This document shows, piece after piece, positions 47,405-59,817 of a DNA stretch of 64,000 nt. Each line of letters opens with the position of its first letter. Position 1 is the first letter of the stretch. Origin of the DNA: Octopus bimaculoides (Eukaryota); NCBI RefSeq assembly GCF_001194135.2, contig NC_068987.1, positions 54,977,268-55,041,267 on the forward strand, read 5' to 3'. The translations under genes and the position numbers were made by a program. Under the pieces are notes generated by a model. That model worked only from the letters and a program-made list of their open reading frames with translations. It ran no database searches and had not been told where the DNA came from.

Positions 47405-48715
47405 GTAACTTGGTAATGAGCAGGCAACAAGTAAAAAAAAAAAAACTGTTACACCTAACCAAAATCGTAGCAGTGCTTAACACATAAGTTGGAAATCCGA
47501 AGACTAACCTTATGTGTACTGATGTGTAAATGTCTCCTCAGTCACTGAAGAGATTGTGGTTTGCCCTGTTTTCTTGACATTAAGCAAATAGACTACTACT
47601 AGGTTATTCAAGGTAACATTTGTCAATGATTTGACAACTCAGTTTGGGGAGGCTGGAGCTGAGCTGTGTATGGTCAATTGTAATGCTTGAAGTAGATTTC
47701 AGCATAATTGCCATCATCATCATGATCACTAATGTTATGCCTGCTTTTCCCATGCTGATACACGTTGGATGGGACATCTGAAAGCAATATTCTACAAATG
47801 GTTGTCTTTCCTGTTATCAATCCTTATTTTGAAGTAAAGCATTCTCTGTGTTTTCTGCATGTTCAAACCACCTAGCTAGTGAATGTATTATATTACATAC
47901 AGTGTCACTGAGAAGATATGCAGAAAATAATCCCCACACACACTACCATATGCACATACATTCATATACTCGTACACACACATACACATTGGGCTTCCAT
48001 ACAGTTTGTTTACTAATTTTGCTTGCGAAACATTGGTCGATCCATGGCTATAGTAGAATTCATTTGGCCAGAGTGCCACATAGTAGGGTATAACTTAAAA
48101 CTGCAAGGTTACAAAACAAACTCCGTAACCACATAGCCAAACTTCTTACATCTTCATTATTTTATTTTGCTCCTATTCATTTGGATGTGGTTCAATCTTC
48201 ACACCATCTTTTATAATAGTCTTCATCTATCTCCTATTCCCAGATCATTCCTTTCCTAATTTTATCCTTGTTATTTTGATAACCAATCCATCCAAGACCA
48301 CCCCTGCTTCTTTGACACAAATCTCTTGTTTTAAAATTATCTTAATTAAAATCTTCCACTATAATTTCATCTTAATCTATGCCTAACTAACAGTGAGAGC
48401 TATTTTACTAAATACTGTATTTTCAAACTTGTTTACAAAACAGCAATGTATTTTTAGTAGAAATTTGGTTTAAAAAAAAAGAGAAGTGTGTTGGGGGGCA
48501 GTTAATAATAACTGGAACCATCTACACTCTTGAGTAAATTACTTTTCATAGTAATAACAATTGGTAAAAACATACCTTCATAGATCGTAGGGGTCAAGGC
48601 AAAAAAGAAAGCTTAGGGTTTTATGTTTGTGCTTGTTATTCTAATCAACAGTGATTTACTACAGCCAATAAAATGATTTTGCTGTCTCCATTTCACTTAA
48701 CTTTATTCTCTAGAA

Positions 48716-49037
48716 CAGTGGTTCTCAACTTGGGTCCATATGGCCCCTGAAGGTCCATATAAGATTTTTGGAGATTCACAGTATTTTTAAGGGCCCCTGA
48801 AAAAATTTTGCTTTAAATCTATGTATTAGTATCTATTGCAAGAAACAGCTTGGTTTCGTTTTCTAACATTTTACATAGTTCAACCTACACTAATTAATAT
48901 GATAAACAAAATTAAAATTTTGGAAGAAGTTTCTCTAAAACTACATTTTAAACATTGAATGGCTATGAGTGTCCACCTGAATAAAATAATAATAAAAGGG
49001 GTCCATAGATTTTTTAAAAAATGGTTGAGAACCCCTG
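48716..49037. mobile_element. hAT (Charlie/Buster-like) MITE
   Basis: TIRs cagtggttctcaac / gttgagaacccctg; nTCTAGAn-type 8-mers on both flanks. Confidence 0.8.
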
Positions 49038-49319
49038 TTCTAGAGGTTTGTTACTGTTTGTTTACAGTATAAGAATTTTAGAAACTTTGACATAAGAAAT
49101 AAATTGTTTTTAACAGTGGAACTTAAAATAAATAGATTGTTATAAATAATAGCATGTAGAATATTAGGTTTAAAAAAACTCTTTGCGGAAAAAACAAAAA
49201 AAATCAAAGGCTGTGCATGAGACTTGAACCTACATTTTCTATTAATATGACATGTTCTAACCATTAGACCAAAATAACACTTTGAATTTTCTATGTGTGA
49301 TATGAAATGAATTGTTTTA

Positions 49320-49602
49320 AAGGGTTGTTGCCAGTGCCACTGGACTGGCTCCCATGCAGGTGGCACATAAAAAAAACACCATTTTGTGTGTGGCCGTTGC
49401 CAGTACTGTGTGACTGACCTTCGTGCCGGTGGCATGTAAAAGCACCCACTTCACTCTCAGAGTGGTTGGCGTTAAGAAGAGCATCCAGCTGTAGAAACTC
49501 TGCCAGATCAGATTGGAGCCTGGTGCAGCCTTCTGGCTTGCCAGTCCTCAGTCAAATCATCCAACCCATGCTAGCATGGAAAGCGGACGTTAAACGATGA
49601 TG
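49320..49602 (+). mobile_element. Young family C (RTE 3'UTR) retroposon
   Basis: Its 5' part matches the 3'UTR of the RTE at 41864-41950 (gactggctccc/tgtg..ggtggcac.taaaa); ends gcggacgttaaacgatgatg. Confidence 0.85.
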
Positions 49603-49759
49603 CTGAACCCAAGAGAAAGCTATAAATGTAGAAATCGAGTTTAAAAGTCGCTTACACAGAAAAATGTCAAAATCCCATAAGCAGCAATATTCTCTGTACT
49701 GTTATCTACTTAGGGATTCATTTTTTAGGCAGAGAGATCTTTTTGTCAGATTATCTTCT

Positions 49760-50383
49760 TTCTTTTACTTGTTTCAGCTATTAGACTGCAGCCATACTGG
49801 GAAAATTTGTTAAAGAATTTTTAGTCAAACGAATTGATCCCGGCACTTTTTTTTTTTCTTTTTTCAAAGCCCTATACTTATTCTATTGGTCTCTTTTGTT
49901 GAACAGCTTAGTTATAGGCCATAAATATACCTGCAACAGTTGTCAAGTAGTGGTGAGGGACAAAGACATATGCACACACATACACACATTTACAATGGGC
50001 TTCTTTCAGTTTCCACCTACCAAATCCACTCACATGGCTTTGGTTGGCCTGAAGCTACCCAAGGTGCCACACAATAAGACTAAACCCAAAACCATGTGCT
50101 TCGGAAGCAAACTACTTACCACACAGCCATGCCTGTGTCTACTAAACTTAAATTTCAGACTCTATTTTCTAATATTCTTTTTTGTTTTCTTTTTATTTGC
50201 ACAGTCATTTGACTGTGGCCATACTGGAGCACTGCCTTTAGTTGAACAAGTCGACTCCAGGACTTATTCTTTGTAAGCCCAGTACTTATTCTAACGGTCT
50301 CTTTTGCTGAACTGATAAATTACGTGGACATAAATACACCAGCATCGATTGTCAAACAATGGTGGGGGAACAAACATATACAT

Positions 50384-50431
<48 letters not shown>

Positions 50432-50588
50432 GTTGGGCTTCTTTCAGTTTCCATGTACCAAATCCACTCACAAGGCTTTGGTCGACCTAAAGCTATAGTA
50501 AAAGACACTTGTTCAAGGTGCCACGCAGTAGGACTGAACCTAGAACTGTGTGGTCGGGAAGCAAGTTTCTTACCACACTGCCACATCC
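49760..50588 (-). mobile_element. Two adjacent family D1 SINEs (~49760-50120 and ~50190-50588)
   Basis: Both align to 14260-14634. Confidence 0.75.
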
Positions 50589-51996
50589 CACTTCTTTTAA
50601 GGTATTTGATATCAATGAACTTTGCAGCCTTTGCTATTTAAGGAAGTGGCAGGGTAAAAATAAAATAAGTAACACATAAATAGAAATATTACTTAAAATT
50701 TTCAGTTGCTGTAATATAAACTTCTTGACATGGAATTTTAATACTAACCTCCCCATGCTTTGTTAATAAAAAAAAGATGCCAGATTGTCATCTCAATTTT
50801 TTCTTTTTGAATACTATAAGCATTAGAGTGGGATTTTCATATGAAGCTATTATTTAGACTTTAAAGTACCAACACAACTCTGTGCTTGCTGTTACCCTGT
50901 ATAACACCAACTAGGTAACAAAACATTCATTTAAGAGATGAATAGATCTGTTGCGTCTAATTTTGACAAAATACTTAAGTGGTTATAAGAAAATAAATGG
51001 AACTCAGTGGCAGTTTATATTTTTTATATTATAGTCTTCATCATCTGGTTGGAAACGAAGGAGAAGAAAAAAAAGAATTGTAATATATATCTTAGTTTAT
51101 AAGTAGTCTATAGCCTCTCCTGTTTACTTACCTTCACAGAATAAGTGGTGTGTTTATTATCGTTGAAAAAGAAATGAAAAATGACTTTGGGGTCGGTAGT
51201 CTAAGAAGTAACAGTTGATTGCTACTATTGGGTATTGTGGACCACCTATATGCATGCACCATGTGCAACATGAGAAACAAAAGCTTCACTTTTAAAACCA
51301 CCAACGACAAATGTGTTAAGTCAGCGGCATTTGTCGTAGTGCTTGCAACTTATTAGAATCAAGCAAAACACGTAGGAGGTAGGAGGAGGCTGCAGTCTGC
51401 CAGTTTCTCCCATTCATACTAGCATGGAAAATGTGTAAAAACTATTGTCAGATATATTACATATCAGGTATCTATATTTGGAACCTGATAGATGCTCTTC
51501 TAAGAACTAATGATACATCTAATTAGTAAGAGAGATAGTCTTTGGCTGGTTGCAAATTCTTGGTTTAAATTAGCTTCATTCTTCTGAAATCTTATCCAGT
51601 GTTTCTGTAATTACTCTTAAAGAATATTAATATTATATCCACTTAATAGGACTGTGGTAATTGAGTATTGAAGATGCTGGACTACTGGCCATTGCTTATT
51701 ATTGTTTTTAAAGATTGCTGTTGGTATTGTATTATACTTTAAAACAGAACAGTGTACTGTTACACTTGGCTGGTTTACTTAACTAACCTGAGAATTAGTA
51801 TCATACTTGGTGACCGATTTCAGATAGATGAGAGTTAATATAAATGTTGGCTTCTAGAAACCATATTGTTTGACATTATTGGATGCTATTAAATGTTTAT
51901 GTCTGAATGTGATTTTTCACTATCTTTTTATATTACATTTTTCCATGGCTGCTTAATTTTTTAAGTCTTATTTTTATTCCAGTTTTTGTGTGTATT

Positions 51997-52039
<43 letters not shown>

Positions 52040-52371
52040 GCACATTTTTTTTCTCCCAGACTGAAAATTCTTTTTTTTTATGTATATTCTGTTATGTCAT
52101 TTGTATTAATAGACCAAACATTTTGTTTTGATAACACTCTTTCCTGCCACCTCTTAACCAAAAATCTCCTAAATTATATTTTAATCTTTCATTTATCTAT
52201 CAAAAAACAAATATATTTTGAGTCTAAAACAACACACAAATACATACACATGTATGTTCTACATAAACACATACACACTGTCATGTACATGTTGCTCACA
52301 TATTTATATAGATATTTTCTCTTATTGCAGCCTATGTTGGGATTAAAAACCGACTGCATTCATCTTCCCAG

Positions 52372-52499
52372 ATGACGTCATGCTTGTGGGTGGTGGTGTG
52401 GTGAGTGAACCTGCACCCTATCTACAAACTGAAGAAGCATATGGAAATTACACAGGGAGTGAAGTACCTTCAAATATACAGCAATCTGTAAAAGAACAG
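52372..52499 (+). CDS. Candidate coding exon (phase 1 to 0), xDVMLVGGGVVSEPAPYLQTEEAYGNYTGSEVPSNIQQSVKEQ; product unknown
   Basis: Acceptor ttcatcttcccag, donor CAG|gtaaag, 128-nt open frame in unique sequence of higher GC than its flanks. An alternative acceptor at 52331 with donor TG|gtgagt uses another frame. Confidence 0.4.
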
Positions 52500-52824
52500 G
52501 TAAAGGAAACTTTGTCTTACTGTGTGATCCTATTGTTAACATTCTTTCTCTGTCATCAGGGAAATAAAATGATTTTCTATCAATAATGAACCCTTTATGT
52601 GGCTGCTTGACCTGCTAATAATTGCACCAAAAGCTTTCTCAAATTTCTTTTTCCTGTTAAAAAGAAAAAGTGAAGGGCACTAGATATATTGTTTAAAACA
52701 AAAAAAAAGTAATAAGAAAGATGGGATGGTCATATTTGGAACACTGCAGATCATAACTCTGCTGGATCAGATTTGATTGGGGTTTGGGACTGAACCACAA
52801 GATTAATGATTTATATACTGAAGA

Positions 52825-53345
52825 CATAGGCATGGCTGTGTGGTTAAGAAGTTTGCTTCTCAACCATGTAGCTTCAAGTTCAGTCCCTCTGTCTTTGGTT
52901 TGTTGTAGTCCCTGGCTGACCAAAGCCTTGAGAGTGGATTTGGTTTACAGAAACTGAAAGAAACCCAGTATATATATATATGTAGTCAACATGTTAATGC
53001 CATAATGCGAAATTGATTTAATGGAAATCAATGAAACACCTGTAAACTAAGCTATAAAGCTATTTCATAACTCCATTTTTTTATACTTTTATCATATGTA
53101 TATCTCCTTGCCTTTTAGCATATGTGTCTTGGCATTGCATGATAGTTGTAAGTGAGCATCACTGTCACACAAGCAGTATCATTTGTTTTCATGAAAACTT
53201 GGCTGACCAAAAGGAAATATTACCTTACCTGAAAACAGGTGAATTTTAGCAACATGAAGGGCATCCAGCTGTAGAAAATATACTTCAACAAATTTGTCTG
53301 ATCCTTGCAAGTATGAAAAAGTAGATGTTAAACTAATGATGATGA
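52825..53345 (+). mobile_element. Family D2 SINE with an insert in its TA tract
   Basis: Head ~52825-52975, tail ~53100-53345. Confidence 0.65.
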
Positions 53346-54774
53346 CCATAGGACTGACAGAAGCAGTAGAGCATCTGACTAAATAACAGCTGTGTTGGAG
53401 GACAGAAGTCAATTTTGCTGTTCACCTTTTCATAGTGGTGGTTGTTGTTCAGCTTTAGGCCAACTATAATGAATCAGACCAATTTGTTAAGTAGACCATT
53501 ACTAGACTTAGGATGAATGCTGAATTGATTTCCTGTTCCCTTCTCCAAGTTGTTGGGATTTGAACTCGGAATGTAGAGATATCATAAAGCATTTCTGCCG
53601 ACACACTGACAATTCTGCCACTCACCCACCTGCAAAGCAGTGTGAAATGAAGTGTTTTGCTCAAGAAAACAACACACATTTGGTCTGAGAATTGAAACCC
53701 AAGATCTAGCCATTGTAAATGCAACACCCTAACCACTTGGTTACATATTTTCACTATACTTTGTTACTTTATTTCTGTTGAAATGTGTTGCCTTTGTTTC
53801 TGTTAATTTTGAAAATAGCCTATCGTTTTTAGTCATATTTAGAAACAAATTCACACGCAATTTTAATGGAAGGTCTCAACTTATTTAACAAAAGAAAAAA
53901 AGGAACTTTATATCATAGAACAAAATGTGGCTCCTGAGGTGTGAGGTTGCTATCAGAAGGGTTAAGCAGATATCTTTCCCATTATTTCAATATCTGCAAT
54001 GGTCATTAACAGATCACAAGGTCCAGTCATTCACTCATGTTGGAGTGTATTTACTGTCTCCCTTCTTTCTTTACTGGCAATCAGTTGAATTAGAAATAAT
54101 AATTCAAAACTGCACATAGAAAATAAATATAGCCAAAGAAATATTTTTGACAACAAATATTTTTCACTAAAAATGAAATAAAAAAAATTATTAGATTAAA
54201 TAGTATGTCTAAAGCCTCTACCTGTTCAGATTGATTCAAGATAATTTTTTTCCTCTTGAATTGGCTTGATATTAATATCTAAAACAAATATTGAACCAAA
54301 GAGAATATTTTTTTACTATTAACGATTGTTCAATGCAAAGTCTGTTACAGTGTGTAAATTACTATTTAAAAAAAAATAGTTTTTTTATTTTCATATTTTA
54401 ACATTTTCAATAGATTTATCTAAAATAAACATTAGCTGTCATTATTGACAACATGATTACACTAGTGTGATATATATATAATAATAAAAGAAAACATTGT
54501 ATATATTACTCCATGTGTGGTAATAATTGTTTCTAATTTAGGCACATAGCTAGAAATTTTGCGGGGAGAGCACTAGTTGATAATGTTGACTCAAATACTA
54601 GATGAGTACTTTAATTTTATTAACCCTCAAAAAGATGAAGGGCAAAACTGACTTGATTGGGATCTGAGCTCTGAATGTAATAAGTTGGAAGAAGTACTGC
54701 AAGGCATTTCTCTAAATAAACTAATGATTCAGGCGGTTTGTCATTCTTTAAACATTCCGTTTCCATATTTTTTT

Positions 54775-54813
<39 letters not shown>

Positions 54814-55280
54814 GCTTTGTTTCAATCAATTTTGAAACTAAAGAATTTATTGAAACAATTTTGTCGTTGTTAGTCTGGTGTTTAGAACATGAATTAACAT
54901 AAAAATTCTGACAGAAAGTGTTAATTTAAATCACTTTAAAATGGAATAGTCTCAAGTGGCTTGGTATCAAAAGGGTTGATAACGTTTCTATTTTAGGCAG
55001 AAGGCCAAAAGTTTTTGGGGAAGCATGTTAAATGATAATAATGATGGCCAGTACTTTGTTGTTTATTTAAAAAATGATAAAAGACGAAGTTGACCTTCGT
55101 GGAATTTGGTCTCTGGCTAAAAACAGCTGTAACTGAATACTGCAAAGTATATTGTCTAATTCTAATGGTTTTGCCAGTTTACCACTCTAATGATTTTGCC
55201 AGTCTATAAAGTGTTTTTTATAAAACATATTTTCATTGGTGGTCAATATGTATAGATTGAAGTATTTTGTTCATCTGTAG

Positions 55281-55339
55281 ATGGAATTGTCTTGAGATCA
55301 CTATCCTCATACTGTACTGCCCCGTCCCCATACATGCAA
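55281..55339 (+). CDS. Candidate 59-nt exon (phase 1 to 0), xGIVLRSLSSYCTAPSPYMQ
   Basis: Acceptor attttgttcatctgtag, donor CAA|gtatgt, open frame. Confidence 0.22.
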
Positions 55340-56399
55340 GTATGTGTCGTGATGATCAGGTTGGTTTACAAATCCATATCAAATGCTTCTTGTATACCAA
55401 CTTCAGTGAGTTGAAAGTGAAAGTAGCTGCAAGTTTTGAACCACATCAGCTATCATAAGCCAGTTGCATGAATGGTGGAATCTGATATCATCAACCAATG
55501 GCCTGTGCCATTAGATATCAATCATTAAATCTCTTGTGTTGGTTGGCCAGACCAATCTGGCTTTACCAAATCTTGTAGAGTCAGTTTATTAATCTTGAAA
55601 GCTGTTAGTTTATTAATCTTGAAAGCTGTTGCTTCAGTGATCATTTATTTGTTAACCATTGCAAGGGAAAGATTTCGCTTTCCAGAAGTCAATATTAGGT
55701 TGTTTTTTTTCCCATTAGTGAAGAAAATTTTAGTTGGATGGGATAGAGTATACAATGTAATCTTTACATATTTATTTACTGGTTTTTCTTTTCTTTTTAC
55801 ATTTCAACTATAGAGTCCTTAATATTCATATTCAACTATAACAACCTGAGTATAGCTATTTCGATTTACTTGAAACTCCTCAGTGCAAGGAAATTCAGGA
55901 TTACTTAATTATACTCTGTTTTTTACTTTATGAAAGGAGAGGGAAGAAGGAGGAAATATTTTAGCAAAAAGAAAGGTTGATTACCTTTTGATATATATTA
56001 GATTTTACATATCTTTTATAATTATAGTTTCAGATTTTGGCCTGAAGCCAGTAATTTTTTTAAGGTAAAGTGGGTCAATCGATTACATCAATCCCGTGCT
56101 TGATTGGTATTTATTTTATTGGCCCTGGAATTATGAAAGGTAAAGTTGGCCTCTGTGGAATTTGAACTCTGAACATAATGTGTTGGAAACTTGCTGTTAA
56201 ATATTGTGTCAGACACACATACAGAAGCATTTTTAGATAGGTCAGTTTTTTTTTTTTTAAAGGGTTAATGATGAAATCTATTATTCTGTCACCTCACTTA
56301 ACACTTTTTTTTATAATTCTAAATATTTATTTAAAAGTAGGAAACAAATGACCTATCTTGGCCCTTCTTTTATACTTTAACCTCTCCTTGCGGGGTGCA

Positions 56400-57900
56400 T
56401 GACAATCTCACTAGTGCTGGTGTCTGGATAAAGTACCAAGCATTCTCTGTTCTGTAGTCAATGTTAGGAAAGGCACTCAAAGCAGAAACCATGTCAAAAC
56501 AGATATTGGAGCAATAGAAGCACAATGCAATCCTCAAGTCAGTTGTGCCTTGTCAAACTGTCCAACCCATGCTAACATGTAAGATGGACATTAAAAGATG
56601 ATGGTGGTGTCATCATCATCTTCATCATCGTTTAACGTCTGCTTTCCATGCTAGCATGGGTTGGACGATTTGACTGGGGAACCAGATGGCTACACCAGTC
56701 TCCAATCTGATCTGGCAGAGTTTCTACAGCTCGATGCCCTTCCTAACATCAACCACTCCAAGAGTCTAGTGGGTGCTTTTATGTGCCACCCGCACGAAGG
56801 CCAGTCAGGCAGTACTGGCAATGGCCAGTTTTAAAATGCTTATAACACTATGCAGATATCATTCTTGGAAAGACTAAAAAACAAAGCTGATAGAAAAATG
56901 TGTCTGTTTAGCTAGTATTAGCACAAAGATACAATATATATAAATATATATGTGTGTATGTGTGTGTTAATAAACTGACATTACAAGATTTCGTAAAGCA
57001 CTGAGTCCATACTCTGCAGAGTGGTTGGTGTTAGGAAGGGCATCCAGCCGTAAAAACCCTGCCAAAACAGACAGTAGCATAGAGTAGCTTTTCTACCTGG
57101 CCAGCTCTCCTCTGCCAGATCAGATTGGAGACTGGTGTAGCCATCTGGTTCCCCAGTCAAATCGTCCAACCCATGCTAGCATGGAAGATGGACATTAAAC
57201 GATAATGATGACAATATGAGGGCACATGGCTTAATGGTTAGGGTTTTTCATTCACAATTGCAAGATGGTGATTTCAATTTCTAGACCAAATGGTGCCTTG
57301 TGTTCTTGGGCAAAACAATTCATCTCATGTTGCTCTGCAATCACTTCAACACCTGACATGTGGTACACTGTGCACCTTTTCAGACTATGTCAATTTGATG
57401 GAGGGCTAATGTGCAGCATGAACATTTGATCACTATAACCAAATCATTTGTTCAGGTTGTTTGACAGAAACACACACACACATTGTCTACCAAATTAACT
57501 CAAGGCTTTGGTCGGCCTGAGGCTGCAGTGGAAGACACTTGCCCAAAGTATCACACAGTACTACTGAACCCAGAACCATGTGGATAGGAAGCAAACTTCT
57601 TAGCACAGAACCACGCTTGCACCTATATATATATATATATATATATCACACACATGTACTGGTACATCCCTTGAGCAGATTTGACATAGTACCAGTACCG
57701 CCTGACTGGCCTTCGTGCGGGTGACACGTAAAAGCACCCACTACACTCTCTGATTGTTGGCGTAAGGAAGGGCATCCAGCTGTAGAAACTCTGCCAAATC
57801 AGATTGGAGCCTGGTGTAGCCATCTGGTTTCACCAGTCTTCAGTCAAATCGTCCAACCCATGCTAGCATGGAAAGCGGACATTAAACGATGATGACGATA
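56400..57900. mobile_element. Cluster of family C retroposons (56400+, 56625-, 56995+, 57680+) with a family I SINE (57218-57470) and a D head (57470-57620-)
   Basis: Shared ccaacccatgctagcatggaa...ggac.ttaaa tails; tail-to-tail junction at ~56600-56630. Confidence 0.8.
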
Positions 57901-58305
57901 TATAACATTAAAAATGAACTTCAAACTTGCTTGCTTGCAGTGTTACACAGCCAAACTGCCACATAATGGGAAAATACTTTGAAAGTAAAGTGCCCTTGAA
58001 ATATGAATACAAACGGAATAAAACAAATTTTGCATAAATCGGACCAGTGCCTATTGAGATATTCGGGGTTTGGTGGGTATAAATACCCAAAATGGTGCAT
58101 AATGTGAAAATACTCCGAAAATAACTTAACCCTGGAAGGGAAGAAACTCTTACCTTTCCATTAGACACATTATAATGGGCAAAATATTGTGAAAATGACT
58201 TTAAAAATGCAGTAAATATTTCATAAAAGACCCATTTGTAACGTCAGTGTGAAATAGCTTTTGTCTATAGATTTCTTTCGAGTGCATTCAGTGTATCTCA
58301 CACCC

Positions 58306-58424
58306 AAAGATTTGGCTGCTATTTCTAGCACGACCTGCTACCACGTAACAGCTACTTGCGATAAAGGACCCAAAATACCTGTTACGCGGTAGCAGGGTGT
58401 GCAAGAAATAGCAGCCAAATCTTT
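58306..58424. repeat. Inverted repeat with 46-bp arms (4 mismatches) and a 27-bp spacer
   Basis: Arms 58306-58351 and 58379-58424; they begin with the dispersed agatttggctgctatttctagca repeat. Confidence 0.9.
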
Positions 58425-58600
58425 ACTTTTCTGGGGAAAAGGAGCTGTTTATGCACGATTTTGATGTCACATTTGTTAAAAGCATGTGAAATAACCTTGA
58501 ATAGAAAATAAAAACCCACAAAAAAAACTCCATTGTTGAGAAACTCAGACTTTCCCGGTACCTTGAATTATTGGTGACCCAATGGATCACAGATAGCCTA

Positions 58601-58639
<39 letters not shown>

Positions 58640-58646
<7 letters not shown>

Positions 58647-58812
58647 TAAAAAGCACCCAGTTCACTAAAGTGGTTGGCATTACGAAGGGCCTCCAGTTAT
58701 AGAAACCATGCTAAAACAGACAATTGGAGTCTGGACAGCTCTTTGGCTTGCCAGCTTCTGTCAAACCATCCAACCCATGTCAGCATAGAGAACGGACATT
58801 AAATGATGATGA
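58640..58812 (+). mobile_element. Family C retroposon
   Basis: Typical tail with (GAT)n. Confidence 0.75.
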
Positions 58813-59164
58813 TTGATAAATATGAATATATGGCCACAGTCAAATGACTGAAACACATAAAAGAATTGAAGAATATATACACACACACATATAGCTAATA
58901 TTATACACTAGGTTTTGGATGACGAAACTATGTGTGTATTAATATTATCTAGTCATTAAAATGAAATGTAGGCAGTTGTTGCTGAAGACTCAGCTTCTAT
59001 GATTTATTTATATATGATATGGTATACTGAATGATTAGAAATATTATTCCACCAGGAAACTTAAACTGGAGCTAAGTTGAAGTACATTTGCTTTGAGGCA
59101 TGAAATACTTGCTACAGATAAGAACAATTTTGTGTATATGTGCATGTGTGTGTCTGTCTCTCTC

Positions 59165-59209
<45 letters not shown>

Positions 59210-59699
59210 TTCTTCTATAAGGACATGACCTTGAATTTTAGACAAGCACATAGTTGATTAATCAGTCCCAGTACCAAATGGTACCAGCCCCAAAAAGATG
59301 AAAGCAAAATTTTACTTTGTCAGGATTTGAACTCAGAGAACATAAAGGAGTGTAATTAACATTATCGATAATCTGATGATGATGAATTTGTATATTTTCT
59401 GCAACATTGTGTGTATGTATGTATACATGCATGCATAGTTGCTGTATATGTACTAAAGGACCAAACAACGAGAGCCTTTGTTATTCATAAAATATGTATT
59501 TATTGCACATAATTCTGTTATTATCACCATGCTTTTGTGATATTGGGGTTGGGAAGATTGACACTACATGGTGAAGGCTACCTCCCCCAGAAATCTAGCC
59601 TGAACAGCAGAATAATAAGGGGGTTGCATACTTCAGATTTATTGTCATGCATCACTGAGTAGAAGGAATCTATGTACTTACTAACCTGTGCATGCTTAG

Positions 59700-59817
59700 C
59701 AACTTGTAAAAGCTGGTGAAACTGTTGTAGATTATTCATGTACAAAGAAAGCTTGCGAATCTGATAGTTTTTCATTTGCATCTGCTCCCATGTGCATTCA
59801 TATTGTATGTTATGCAT
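59700..59817 (+). other. Exon-shaped segment, QLVKAGETVVDYSCTKKACESDSFSFASAPMCIHIVCYA
   Basis: TACTAAC at 59679-59685, AG at 59698-59699, donors at 59805 (gtatgt) and 59818 (gtaagt). The same bases read as a minus-strand donor CAG|gttagt. Confidence 0.2.

Noticed and set aside
12267-47610. Other AG...GT segments (12267, 18549-18583, 43620, 45365, 47150, 47540)
   Set aside because: Short, with stops or weak sites; expected by chance at this density and not chainable into a recognisable protein.
52520-52565. Minus-strand CTGATGA-caga-GAAA; also CTGATGA at ~12867 and ~15998
   Set aside because: No stem II, III or I complementarity; chance heptamer matches.
52372-59817. Assigning the host gene as AASS (saccharopine dehydrogenase) from the 52372 and 59700 peptides
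   Set aside because: AASS is well conserved in animals; these matches are loose and no recognisable upstream LKR-domain exons occur in 50 kb.
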